Positions 25,279-37,740 of a stretch of 64,000 nucleotides of DNA are shown piece by piece (position 1 is the stretch's first letter; each line of letters begins with the position of its first letter). The stretch lies in NCBI GenBank assembly GCA_010093815.1, contig ML996588.1; one strand, 5' to 3'. Source of the DNA: Pseudovirgaria hyperparasitica (taxonomy: Eukaryota). The notes beneath the pieces were generated by a model. The model was not told the DNA's origin. It made no database searches and saw nothing but the letters and a program-made list of their open reading frames with translations. Made by a program: the position numbers and the translations under genes.

Positions 25279-26221
25279 GGCCAGGTGGCGTAGTGGTAGT
25301 GTGCTACGTTACTGGAAGCGTTTGTCATCCAACGTCGTGGGTTCGAATCCTACAACGGCCACCTTTTCACACACCAGTTTTCGCACGCTCTATTAAAAAG
25401 TGTGCGGGGCTAAGCGAGCACGTGACGTGAAGGTTACCGTCACATGACTACTTAGTCCTAAGCGACCATTAGGTAATATGAAAATGACTATACCGTCATC
25501 ACATAATGAGAATTACCTAATATAGCCACCTGCTAAGCCACCTTAAGTGGTAGAGCGACGCCTAGAGCGGCTAGACCCATAACTAGCTTAGCTCGAATCA
25601 TAGAATTTTCACTATATACCGGGGCCTTATCCACCCTAATCCGGCTTAGCTCGCGCTTACTCCGGCTCGGTAACCACGAAATAGACGGTAATACCTAATT
25701 AAGTATCCCGCCTACCCATAGACGATTATATAGCCCCGAAGAATAATTTCCGAATTCGGCCTAGCTAGGGTTAGTGCTAAGGCATAGACCTATTAGATAT
25801 ACACCCCCTCCGGCATTAGTCATCTTAATTAATAACTACTACCCGGCGCAAAGCTATATTCCCATGGATAGGAAAAAAACACGGTAACATAGGAATAAAA
25901 GACTAGGCCTAGCCTAGCGACCTACCTAATCATAAGAAAGGTAATACCTACTATAGTTAGTTAGGGCGTTATTAAGAGCCGGTACTAATATAATAATAAA
26001 AGCCTAATATAAGGATAAGAAGTAAGTTTATCACCTAATGGGATTCGAGGACTTAGACTAGGCTAGGTTAGGTTAGTAATAGGGTCTAGTTAGGGAGCTA
26101 ATCACAGGAGGTTTTCTTATATACATAGTAGCCAATACTAGAGGAGGCCTGAGCCTGTGGAGCATATATATGGCTATATATATAGTTCTTCCTAGTTAAA
26201 CACTAATATTATTATTATTAT
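25279..26221 (+). mobile_element. tRNA-derived SINE-like retroelement (~940 bp), partly RIP-mutated
   Basis: Flanked by the direct repeat TATACACCCGCATTC at 25264-25278 and 26222-26236. The 5' head has a Pol III A-box (TGGCGTAGTGG) and B-box (GGTTCGAATCC) with an intact T-arm. The body is TpA-rich and the 3' end is an (ATT)n tail. Confidence 0.85.
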
Positions 26222-26833
26222 TATACACCCGCATTCAAATCTCATGCACGCATCAAGCAGGTTGTTGTGTTTAGGCTCAGCTATCATACTATAAATAGTA
26301 CACGTATCGTGGCATGACAGTAGAGCGTTAGAGGAGGTTCACAAGATCAGGCCATCAAAGCTTAATGGATTCGGAAGATTTTCCTTTACTGATCAAACGT
26401 CTGTGTGGACCATTGTTTACGTGCCGCGGTGCAGCACAACAACGCCGACGGCAGCAAATATTTTCGCGATCTCTTGTTGTAACTCTACTCAGATCGTAAT
26501 ACGAGCATTACTTCGGCTAGCCTAATCTCGTCTGTTCCTACAACGTACAAGCCATGATAGCCAATCAGATGCTACTCAACATCGATCCGATTGCAACTCT
26601 GGTACTATCTGTCAATGGCTGCCAACAAAACCATAACAAGCCAACCTGCTATTGCATAGCATCCAAATGAGCCATCTAGAGCTAGCCTTCGTCTTTTTCC
26701 CAGACCTTCAATACTACACAGCGTACGACAGTTGTTCGAGAGGTGAAACAAGCCAAAGAGTTTGGGGCTCTGTGCGATCATGTATGAGTCAGAGCCCAGA
26801 GTCGCAGTATTCCAGCTCAGGTGGTGCACAGCC

Positions 26834-28855
26834 TTATGCCTGACTCCTCTCTGTGAAGCGCACGACTATCGGTGCCTTCCACCACATTATATGGCAATGA
26901 CTGGCTCTCTCCCAATCGAGCTCCTTGTTGATGAGCTCCAAGTCATATCTAAACATGATTTTGGCCATCAGGAGCGACATCTGGACATATGCAAAGCTGC
27001 AGACGTGATCAGCACGTCATATCCATTCAGTATCCCAAGCAAGACGTCCGAATAGTGACTCACTTGCGACCCACACACGCACGCAGTCCCAGCGAAAACG
27101 GCTGGCTTGCCTCCTTTATATCGGCACAGTCTGGATCCGTCCAACGTTCTGGCTTGAACTTTTCAGGCTCATGAAAGTATGCTGCGTCATGCGTGACAGT
27201 CCAGGCGGAGGTATATACTTCAGTCTATGCTATCAAGTCAGTTGTATGATCTTGGTTCGATTGAAGTGTGATTATATGCTGACTCCTGCGGGAACGTAAA
27301 TCCCGTCGATCTCCTGTCCAGCACTTATACGAGGAAATCCCTGGCTGCCGGGCGGATGAATGCGTAAACCTTCATTAATGCAAGCTTGAAGATATGGTAA
27401 CTTTAGAGCCGAGCTGGAGTCGATGGCTTGATAAGAGGTGTATGCGGTGCGAACCTCATGCTGCAGCTTTTGCAGAGCTCTTGGGGTTTTGAGAAGGTAA
27501 TATGTTGTTGCTGCCATGCATGTAGAAACAGTTTCGCCACCAGCGATGCTAGACTATCTATTAACTGTGGAGTTTCCCGGGTATGTATGGAGACGTACAT
27601 GAGTGTGGAGGCGTGAGCGGTCATCTCCTCGAGAGATACCTCGCCGCTGCGGACCTTGTCGGTGATGTTAGTGAGAAAGTCTTGGCGATTGTCTGCACCT
27701 TCAAGACGACTGGTTCAGAGTCAATTCTCGGGAGTGTGGAAGAGAGTATTGGATGGAGAACCTACCGCTGAACTTTAGCTCGACTGTGTCCAGAGTGTTT
27801 TTTGCGAATTTTTACTGTGAGTCGTGGTAGGAGATATCTTCCAAGGATCTCTAAGAGCTTAATACGACGTAGATTATCAACGAGCGTGATCTCAAGGAGG
27901 TGCTCCAAGATGAGGTCGATCCAAAAATGGTGCTTCTCTGTTGCACAAGCTCGTCAGTAAACTTGAAGCCAGAAGGATCTTCTTTCTTACCCTCTCTCAC
28001 ACATCCAAAGCTTTCTCCAAAGGCCATTTCTCCTAGAATGTCGAAAGATACCATCTCATACCACTTCGTGACGTTCAGCCCATTGGTCAAACTCAGTGGA
28101 CCGATCTTTGCTACAAACTCATCAATGCATCTCTGAATAATTGGCTCTTGTGCATTTAAAGCCTTAAGCGAAAAAGCCGGTGTCAGGTTCTTCTTCTTCT
28201 GGGCGTGGACCTTTGGATCACGTTCACTGCCTATGCAGCCAGTTTTGAAGCCAGCGCCGTATATGTCGTAGAATTCACCCTTTATCAGTTGGGGCTTTCC
28301 AATGGCTGGGAAGCCATATATAGACTTCCACGATCCGGCAGACGCAAAAGACAATTCATTTGGGGATACTCGGAACACTGCCCCTATGGTAGCTGTCAGT
28401 ACGGTATCTAGACTAAGTGTAGATCAGTGTGAGTAGATACCATGCTTCTGGTGCATTCGTTGTATGCCTCGATGTGACCGGCCTCGGGTCGTGTGGTATA
28501 TTCTCCATAACTATGGTGTTTGTGTTGGCCGCAGCATTTGTCGGTATGCTTGGTATGACTATTGGCGAATGGGTATATAGCTTACCAGAGAGGCTCGGCC
28601 AAGAAATGGTCCGGGTATGTGAGACAGTGGATGGAAGTACAGATTGTACACAGCATGGGTGACAGTGTAGATGATAAGCTGTTTTCAGTGTCAGGCAGTC
28701 GAAATTCGGCGAGGCTCATGGTATGGGCTTACTGTAGAAATGATCATATGCATAATATATGGCTGAAAGTGGATTCTGAGAAGGGTTTGCAGCGATGTAA
28801 GATCAGTCAGCGGTATACTTAGAGAGTCTTGAACTTCACGCCATCGAGGTAACAT
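26834..28855 (-). CDS. Cytochrome P450 (CYP65/Tri11-like), cluster gene
   Basis: Exons give YNLYFHPLSHIPGP, RVSPNELSF, FDILGEMAFGESFG, AGGETVST, INEGLRIHPP, FKPERW and PFSLGLRACVG (heme Cys). Confidence 0.92.
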
Positions 28856-29814
28856 TTTGAAGATGGACAGTATGGTAAGTTAGCCTAATCTAGCGATAAT
28901 GTTGATCCACCTTGCAAGAAAGGATGGCCATGTAGCAGCATATACCTCTAACTTGAGCACTCACCAGCTCCATCTTCGGATTCAATGAATGAATCTTCCC
29001 CTTCAGGCGATTGGCATGAACATGTCTCGCCATATTATTCGGATGTCTGCTTTCGCTCAAAGCCAGCGTGTGATGAACGAGGCTGCATGCATGACTAGTT
29101 CAAGAGACACTTGATTGAGGGGACTAGCTGGAAGAATAGACATTTAAGCGAGGGCGCATCCGCAAGCATAGATAATCTAGCCACTTCCATAGGGTATTCA
29201 CGACGCCAAAACACGATGAAGACGGCTTACCGGTCGGGAACGGGATCGGCACCTACGATAGCCAGAGTATTTACCTCAAGCCAACGCCATGGATAACCAC
29301 TGACTGTACTAGCCTTGTCAAGTGGCGTCTACTGTCCAACATTCCACGTATTCACTGCTGCGCGGTGACTTATGGGCCTAGTGACTATCGCTGTCGTCTC
29401 TGTTGTGTTGTGACTACTATCGAATTGTGATATGCCAGGCTGGGGCGAGCCTTGGGCTGAGCTGCACCATACGTATCGCAGGCTTCTATGCATATTGCGG
29501 CTGACGACTTTTTGCCACGGAGTAATAGATACCCAACAGTCAGCAAATCTTGAGGGCTACCGTACCGAATTTATGTCCAAGTTGTGTGGAATCTAGGCGA
29601 TTATTAGGCTTCACATCCATACACGCTGTATCGTACACTTTATAATAACCCTCTTAGCCCAAATCTGGCGGTCTCTTCAATTCTCTTATAGAGAAGACGT
29701 GGTGGCGTACCTACTCGTTTCCTATCTTGGCAAAGCAGCATGTGGATTTCGATAGAACAACTTACTATACTAGACGGTTGACTCCACACCCTTAGCTTGA
29801 TCCTCTACCTCACC

Positions 29815-30508
29815 ATGTTCGGTACATGGAGATATGATCCGACAGACAACAAGCTAATAGGCATCCAAGATTCTAGCGTCAAAGCAAAGACATGGAATCG
29901 TGGCAAACTAAATTCTGCTTGTAAGGCATGCAAGGATAAGAAGGTTAGCTTTTGTATATCCAGAAATTTTTGCGCAAACCCTCCATTATTCCCCTACTTG
30001 ATCTCTCAATACTTGCTGACCAGGCTCCTGCGCTTTTTAGTTACGCTGCACAGCGCAGAGGACTGGCTGCGACAGATGCAAGGCGAACGGAACTACTTGC
30101 ATCTATGTCCCACGTCGAGCTTCGTCAAGAGCAACTACAAATCCGCATCGAGCAGAGGGTGAAAGTCATGGTGGACGTGAGAAAACAGTAGAGAAAGCCG
30201 ATAGCAGATACCAGAGTCGGAGCAGCTCTAGTCCAGTCGGTGATCCTTCAGAGTCAGAACAGCTCAATGGCGAATCAAGTACCCTCGCATCTGGGATGTC
30301 AATGTCTCCAGCTCCGAGTCTTGATTCCTTGCACTTTCTACAAGAAGCAATCCTTCCCAGTGGAAGTCTCGATATATTTGAAGTAGCGATGCAGCCAGAC
30401 TACAGCTTGGGGGGCGGGGGCCTGGAATTCGAGCTGTCTGATGACAATAATAATGAGGACAACGATGACAACGACAATGGTAATGCCAATTGCAACAGCA
30501 ACAGTATT

Positions 30509-30540
<32 letters not shown>

Positions 30541-31488
30541 TGTTAATGGCTTCCATGTGTTCGATCAAGACCAAGACCTCCTATTGTCAACCGAACAAGA
30601 TCTTGACAGTAAGTTCAATATGCTTTCGATCGCAATTTACAACATGACATTCCTTTTGCTGATATTCTTCCGATTACAGGCCTAGGGTTTCCTTTACCAA
30701 CCCCCAGTGATTCTACTAGCCCGCCCCGCTCCCGTACCGAGCGCCAACCACCGGCGCTAGCACTAGCTCCGGAGCCAGCTCCGGCACACTTATCCCTGGG
30801 CCCTGACCCTTTTACTTTCACTGGGAGCCCGCGTCCACGTCCGTCACACCATCGGCGGAACACCACTACAAACATCAAGGTCGCTACCTGCCCCTGCTCT
30901 TGTCTGCAGAACCTGGCTGCACTCCTAGAACGACTTATGCTTATGACCTCTGGCATATCCACACCACAAACCCAATCGCTCGATGTCCAACTTGCCATCC
31001 ATAAAGCAGCTTTAGCCCGCTGTGATGCAGTCCTCTGCTGCACTTTATGTGACACACGCTCTGAAAACACCATGCTGTTAATCACGGTCTGTGAGCGCAT
31101 TGTGGACATGTGTGCTAACATTGTTGATACCTACCACCTTCACCTCGATGCTGATCAAAGTGCCACTGCTTCGCTGGACTCGCTGCTACAAAACTCAGGT
31201 GCATCGGCACCTTCCATACCAGAGTCGGCTTCTTCGTCTAATACACTAGTCTCAGGTCCAGTTAGTCCTCTGTCTGTGGGGTCTTTTCAGATCTCGTCGA
31301 TGAATGAGTGGGCAGCGGTCATAAGGACCATCATCAGGCTTCAATTGCAGAGAATGGGGTCGCTACTTGGGCGTATGAAGTCTCTATCGACTGGAGAAGT
31401 GCAGGATGTACATTCAGATATGCTGAAGAAGCTTCGTGATAGGGTTCGGTCACTCTTACATGTAGCTGGAGGAGGCGACTTGGACTGA
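29815..31488 (+). CDS. Cluster-situated Zn(II)2Cys6 regulator with AflR-like C-terminal region
   Basis: MFGTWRY...ACKACKDKK|LRCTAQRTGCDRCKANGTTCIY six-Cys motif split by an intron. C-terminal region has CPCSCLQ...CDAVLCCTLC. An Asn/Ser-rich low-complexity tract lies at ~30440-30545. Confidence 0.9.
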
Positions 31489-31878
31489 GACACCGGACTT
31501 GCGTTCCTTTAGGGGACCTCTAAGACTTTTTGTCTTTTAGGTTCTCTTAACCAAAGGAGCAAGATGATACTCCATGGATGGTACATGATTAGACGCTAGG
31601 GCTTCGAAGTATAAGTAGTCCGATTCACTACGATCATATTGTCGTCTGCAAGTGACTTGTACAGACAGTCGTGCTTTGATTCTACAAGCGTGGCTTGACG
31701 ATGCATATGCAAATGACACATCGCCTCGGAAATAGTACAGGGTAAGATTTGGGCAGGCTAGCTCAACGTTGAACGTGTATAGGTCTGCTCATACGTCGAA
31801 CTATCACACCAGCACACAGCTCGTGTTTGGGGCCGCGGATACATGACTAATCACCCTCCATGCTAGTCTCAGAGGCAG

Positions 31879-33487
31879 CTATCTCAACGGGAATGGCTTA
31901 CCAAGTAGCCTATTCAAGGTACCATCTGGGTCGTACTTTCTTTGAATGTCCTTCAAGCGCTTCAAACTTGACCCATCCTTTCCATACGTTGGATAGGGAT
32001 CCTGGCCCGGCGAGGCGTCGTTCAGATAAATGTACGGATAGTCCAGGCCCAGCTTTTTGGTCTGCGCGAGGATAGATTTCCCAGCCTTACGAGAAAATTC
32101 CAAGACCTTCGCGTCATCGGCCGGGTTCGTCCACGATGTAGAAATGAGTCCGGCGATGAATGTTCCCTTGCCAGGATCCAGGTCAATTGGATTGCCACCC
32201 GCAGCGCGAGATGCCTCAAGCCAGGCCTTTGAGACTGGCTGATATGTGAGCGTGATAGCGCAATTGGTTACATCCTTTAGCCCAGTCAGTGAGGCTGTGA
32301 TGACGGTCTCGTTAACGAGGGCGAAGGTCCGCGCATCAGCCTTAAAGGAGACCGAGTAAAACAGCTGTCGTAGGTTGCGGGATGCGAACTCAGGAGTGTT
32401 AAGGGCATTGGCCAGAAACGTCCAGCTATCTCTTGGGCCAAAATCGTGGACTAGGCTTGGTGCGTTGATGGCGGTGAAGTTCTCAAAGGATTTGGGAGAA
32501 ACATCTCTGCCGGAACGGAAACCCAGGAATATAGACTCGACAACTTCATCGGATGGGGTTGCGGCGATGATCATACTGATGGCTGCATCGGCGTCTTCTA
32601 CGCCGCCTCCTGGTGCCATATATGAAACGGCAGCCTGAAAGAACGCAGGAAGGGATTCGCGCTTCCAGATAGCTGCACCAGCCCATGCAGGGCCTGCGGT
32701 GAATGTCTGTACATCGAAACGAGTTACAATACCAAAATTGTTGGAACCACCCTTGAGAGCCCAGAAAAGGTCGGGATAGGCGGTCTTTGTCGCGTATACA
32801 ACACGGCTGTCTGGTAGCACGACTTCATATCCTACAACACCATCAGCAGCCCACCCCTTGCGAGAAGCAAAATAGCCGATGCCACCGCCTAGGAGCACAC
32901 CACCAACGCCCACAGAGCCATAGCGACCGCCGTTGACAGCAAGACCATACGGGGCGATCCAGTTGTATACATCAGACCAAACCTGGCCGGGCCCTATGCG
33001 AGCGATGGATTTGTCGGGACTCAACTCGCGGCCGTTCAAAGCTGACAGGCTCACCAAAATACTGTCGTCACTTTCTTGTGCCCCGGGAACTGGCATGTGA
33101 CCCCCAGCCCGAACAGTGAAGGGGACACGAGCCCCTCGCATGATTCGAAGACCATCAGCAAGATGGCGGGCTGAGCGTGGTAAAAAGACGCACTTCGGCT
33201 CCGCAAGGCAGGTCTGTGACCACACAACTAACAGACGTTGTCAGCATGTGCGAACATGAGCATAAGATAGATAATGACACACGCGCTGTCTGATTGTGGT
33301 AAATCTGCGAATCTTCCTCGAAGAGCGCGTCTGGTTGCAGACTAGCTAATGACTTGCATGCAATCTCACTGCCAACTGGACCTGCAGACGAACGATCTGC
33401 AAGTGTAGACACTGCGGTAGGTATCGCAACAGCGGACGATTCAAATAAGCTTATAACGCCTACTAAGAGAGAAAGGAACGTCTTCAT
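31879..33487 (-). CDS. Signal-peptide-bearing FAD-linked oxidoreductase (BBE-like), cluster gene
   Basis: Signal peptide MKTFLSLLVG, RAGGH flavinylation motif, VGVGGVLLGGG, LFWALKGGSNNFGIVT and YLNDA...YDP; one intron near 33220-33280. Confidence 0.92.
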
Positions 33488-34277
33488 GGCTGGCGATGAG
33501 AAAGAAACACCCTGTGAGTCAATCTTAGCTTATAACTTACAAGGGTCGAATCTCTACAAAGTGCCATTCGGTCGAAGTAGGATCGGATCGGGTCGAATCG
33601 AATCGAGTCCTTGTAGGACCTTGCCGCGCGGCAACCTGTCACCACATGGCAGAGACTGTGCAAAGTCTGGACTGAGTGGCAGGAGAATCCTAACGGAAGT
33701 TTGTGAAATTTCCGTTTCGGGACGTCCGACGGAAAGGGAAGTATTTGACGATTTGATAGACAGAAGCTTTAGCATTTAGCCCGGGTAATTTGCGGGTTTC
33801 AATGCCTGCTCCGAGTGATAACGAGGATGCCACATCGGTGTGCCGAAAGAAGTCCTTTTGGATCAAGCTTATGTTATAGAAACGTTATTATGGCTGACGG
33901 ATGGTTTGTTGAACTGCATCGGGACGCCATGTAGAGTAGCTGCATGACCAAAAATCCTTCGCCTCAAAAGGAAATCCGGTCAGTTCATTAGAACCAATAC
34001 AGATGGCCGAGCATATTTTAGTCCGTTAAAAGTAACTCAGATGATATTTGGTCAATGAGGACTAACACATACGGCTGACGGACCAATGTGCCCGAGAGTT
34101 TCGCTTCCGCCGTTCTTTGTCCCGCATGAGGGCGCTAGGGGCGGCGTAGCTGCATGACTGACTTATCTTCAGCTGAAAGGGCCTCGAATGTCATCCGTGG
34201 CATTAGGTCGGCATCCCAGCATTGGCCTTCAACGGCAGTCCGACAAGCTCTCCGATAGCAGCACGCAGCATACCAAC

Positions 34278-35254
34278 ATGGCTACCGCCTTCAATCCCAA
34301 GACTGACATCCCCGACCTAACCGGCAAGGTCATCTTCATTACCGGAGGTAACACTGAGAGAATTCAAGGCCCTCATAGTCAAGGAGGTGTTGACAAAGGC
34401 TTTCAGGTACCGCGGGTTTAGGAGCTGAGGCTACCTACCAATTAGCCGTGCACAACCCAGCTCGAATTTATATCAGCGGCCGGAATGCAAAAAGAGCTGC
34501 TGTCGTCATTAAAAAGGTAGAAGAGCTTGGCTCTAAAAGTACGGTCCACTTCATTGAGCTCGATCAAGGCAAAGTGTCCAGTGTAAAAGCAGCCACAGAG
34601 CGCTTCGTCGCTCAGGAGTCGCAGCTCGACATTCTGATCGCCAATGGCGGTATCATGGCTGTTCCGGCTGGTCTTTCAAGCGATGGCTACGAGGTGCAAT
34701 TCGGCGTCAATCATATGGGCCACGCCATGCTCGTCAAGCATCTCCTGCCACTCCTACAGCGTACAGCGGAGAAGCCAGGCTCAGATGTGCGAATCATCTT
34801 CCTCACATCCCTCGGATTCCAATTCGCACGTAAAGGTATTGCATATGACACCCTCAAAACAACACAAGATGCCGCGGTCCTAGGGCTCTGGATCAGGTAT
34901 GGCCAGAGCAAGCTTGCAAACATCTGGTACGCGCGAGAGCTCGCGAAACGGTATCCGTCCATCACAAGCATCTCAGTCCATCCTGGAGTTACCAAAACCG
35001 ACTTGGTGGGACAACTATCTCTTGCAAACCGCCTCTTTGTCTATGCGACCAACATAGGTAGTATGGTCGAGCCGCACGAAGGCGCATACAACATGTGTTG
35101 GGCCGTGGGAGTGGACAAGGCCAAGCTGCAGAATGGGCATATGTACGAACCAGTGGGAAAAGCCACAAAACGATTGGATGCGAAGCCTTTTAATGACGAC
35201 GAGGCGGCCGAGAAGCTGTGGACGTGGACTGAGAGGGAATTGGGGGCTTCTTAA
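34278..35254 (+). CDS. Short-chain dehydrogenase/reductase (retinol-DH-like), cluster gene
   Basis: ITGG|TAGLG Rossmann motif across an intron, ANGG, VNHMGH, catalytic YGQSK and VHPG. Confidence 0.92.
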
Positions 35255-35469
35255 CTGTGTGAGTGAACGTTGGAATGGGACGCATTGATATTAGGTAATT
35301 ACTAGCCTTGGTCTCGAGGTTTTCAGTGGAGGATTTGTCAGCTAGCGCCTCGCCACCTATCTTACCGCCTTAGCGTAGATAATTATACTAATTAATTAAA
35401 CATTCGACAACGCTTCATCCACTCGCGGATACAGATTTAATGACTGCTCGATTATGCACATCGCACGTG

Positions 35470-37298
35470 TTACTCTGCCCCATTCAACTGCGCATGCGGA
35501 GTCAGATAAACCTTGACGTCTTCTGGTGGCGTCAAAGTGACTGGGCTACCTCCTGCTCGCAATCTCAACATCTTCTCGACTTCCGCACCATCAAGGTCCT
35601 TAGCCAATCGCAACGTATGCTGTTCCAACAGGCACGAGAAAAAGGCAATGAATTCCACCTGTGCAAAGCGCTTCCCGAGGCATGCCCTTGGGCCTTCGTT
35701 GAAGGTCATGAATGAGCCGCGCTGGTGACTAGGGATGGTGTTTGTACCTGCCTCCACCTCTGCGAGATGCTGAGCAGATGGGTTATTCGGGTCGAACGCA
35801 TTTGGGCTACTGCAAAGCCACCTACGAGGATCTATGACGGCTGGCGATGGCCAATGCGTCGTGTTGTAGTGTATCCCCGTGATGTTGATCACAACCCCTG
35901 TGCCTGGAGGTAGTGTTGCGCCGTTGAGAACTTCCGATGTGGTCGGAGGTGTGACACGACCGATAGGTATGACGATGGGGAAGACCCGCATCACCTCGTA
36001 CATGAACGCCAGTAAGTAGCGGAACTTGGGGAGGTCATGGTCGAAGCAGAGACTTTTGCGCCCTGCAGTACGCGCCATGGCGTGTATACGGATGTTCTCT
36101 GCAATGACAGCGTCCTGAATGTGTGGATGAAGCGTGAGGATCAAAGAGCTGTATAGGATAGTGTTTGCTGTAGTGTCGTAGCCTTGCGAATGTGAGTTGT
36201 AATCAGGTGATTGCACGAGAAAGTTCGAGACTTACCTGCAAGCAGGAAAATAAAGACGTTTCCTTTGATCTCTTCATCCGTTAAGCTCAATCTTCCTCCT
36301 GGTCCTTTCATAATTTGTTTCTCTCTCCCGCTTGAGTCATTTTCCTTCAAAACAGCAGTCAGGAGGTTTCCCTTCGCTAGCCCGTCGTCCCTTTGTCCAT
36401 TGTTCATTCTGCGTTTCTCCTCTTCCAGAAGTTCGTTCATATACTTCTCATACTCCGAGTAGGCCTCGTAAACATGTTTCCAAGGTCCATATCTGAGGAT
36501 GAGCTTTGGAATTAAGAGAATCAGTGGTAAGTTCATCACAACCCCGTATATCGCTTTAACTAGTGTAAGGCTATGGCCAGCCGGTATAGCATTCGCGTCA
36601 TCAGTCCATTCTGCCTGCTGCCCGAAGGCAACACAGGACATAACATTGACAGTGAGCAAGTAGATGTCCGATTTCAGGCTCCGAGATCCATGTTCCGCCC
36701 ACGACGTTATCAGCATATGAGTCTGACGCATCGTTTCGTCCCAGACCAGTCGATTAACTGCCTCCCCAAAAGGAGGTAGCGTGATACGAATATGGAACCT
36801 CCAAATGTCACCTTCTGTGGATACCACGTTCGGACCGAAAGGCTCTAGCATTTCTATGGAACATCAGTCGTCATCACTACCCTAGCCATCTGAGAACACA
36901 CTCATCTTCTCTGCCGGTTTGATGAAACTTTTTCGCTTCTGGGCGACCTGCATCGCAACCTGGGCATTCCCTACGTAGCAGATGATCCCACCAGGAGATA
37001 CAACTAGAAATACGTCGCCATACTCGGCGTGTGCTCGCCCTTTGTCTTCGTACATCCATTCACGTATCATGAAGCGTGCCCAGCGTGGCCAACCATCGCC
37101 TCTCATGAGGTAAGAGCCCAGCGCCCATCGCAGGATGGGATCAGTCAAGAATGATATGGTCTGGAGTTCGATGACGGGAGAATACGTGTATGGAAGACCA
37201 GTCGCTTTTGCCTTCTGCACGAATTCATAGAAGAAGTACAAAGTACGGATGGCTTGCACGATGACAATTAGCAAGACGATGTTGATGTACGAGAACAT
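35470..37298 (-). CDS. Cytochrome P450, cluster gene
   Basis: N-terminal membrane anchor, FLLA|GYDTT I-helix, YEVMR, DPRRW and FNEGPRACLG heme motif; two introns. Confidence 0.92.
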
Positions 37299-37740
37299 GA
37301 TGCTGTTGCGAAGATATCTGGTGATGACCTCAGCGATAAGAATGAGTTTGGTCAGCTAGACTGACCATTATTCCAGGACTAAAGGACACCCAAACACACA
37401 TTCCCCGAAAGCGTTGCAGGACTCGGAAGTTCCGATGAGGGTTAGTCCGAGTGGCGGATGATTATCGGGCAGTCTCCGCTTACTCTCAAACAGGTCATGT
37501 AGTGATAGTTCCAGCCAACAACTCGGGCCGATCTCGCTCCATGAAGGAGTATAGCTTTCAATTGAGGTGGTAGCAAAGGCTTGCCCCAAGGTAGCCATCG
37601 AAAGATTGTTGCAGACGTTTTACTTACATACACACAGACAGATTGGTTCCAAGTATACTATGTTCTGCAAAATCTCGAAGCTTTAAAAGATAGTGGTGAC
37701 GTTATTCAAATCTATAAGCACATACTCCCGGGTCCTCACA

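Noticed and set aside
25279..25361. Functional tRNA gene
   Set aside because: The acceptor stem pairs at only four of seven positions and there is no 7-nt anticodon loop. It starts exactly at a TSD-bounded insertion, so it is better read as a SINE head.
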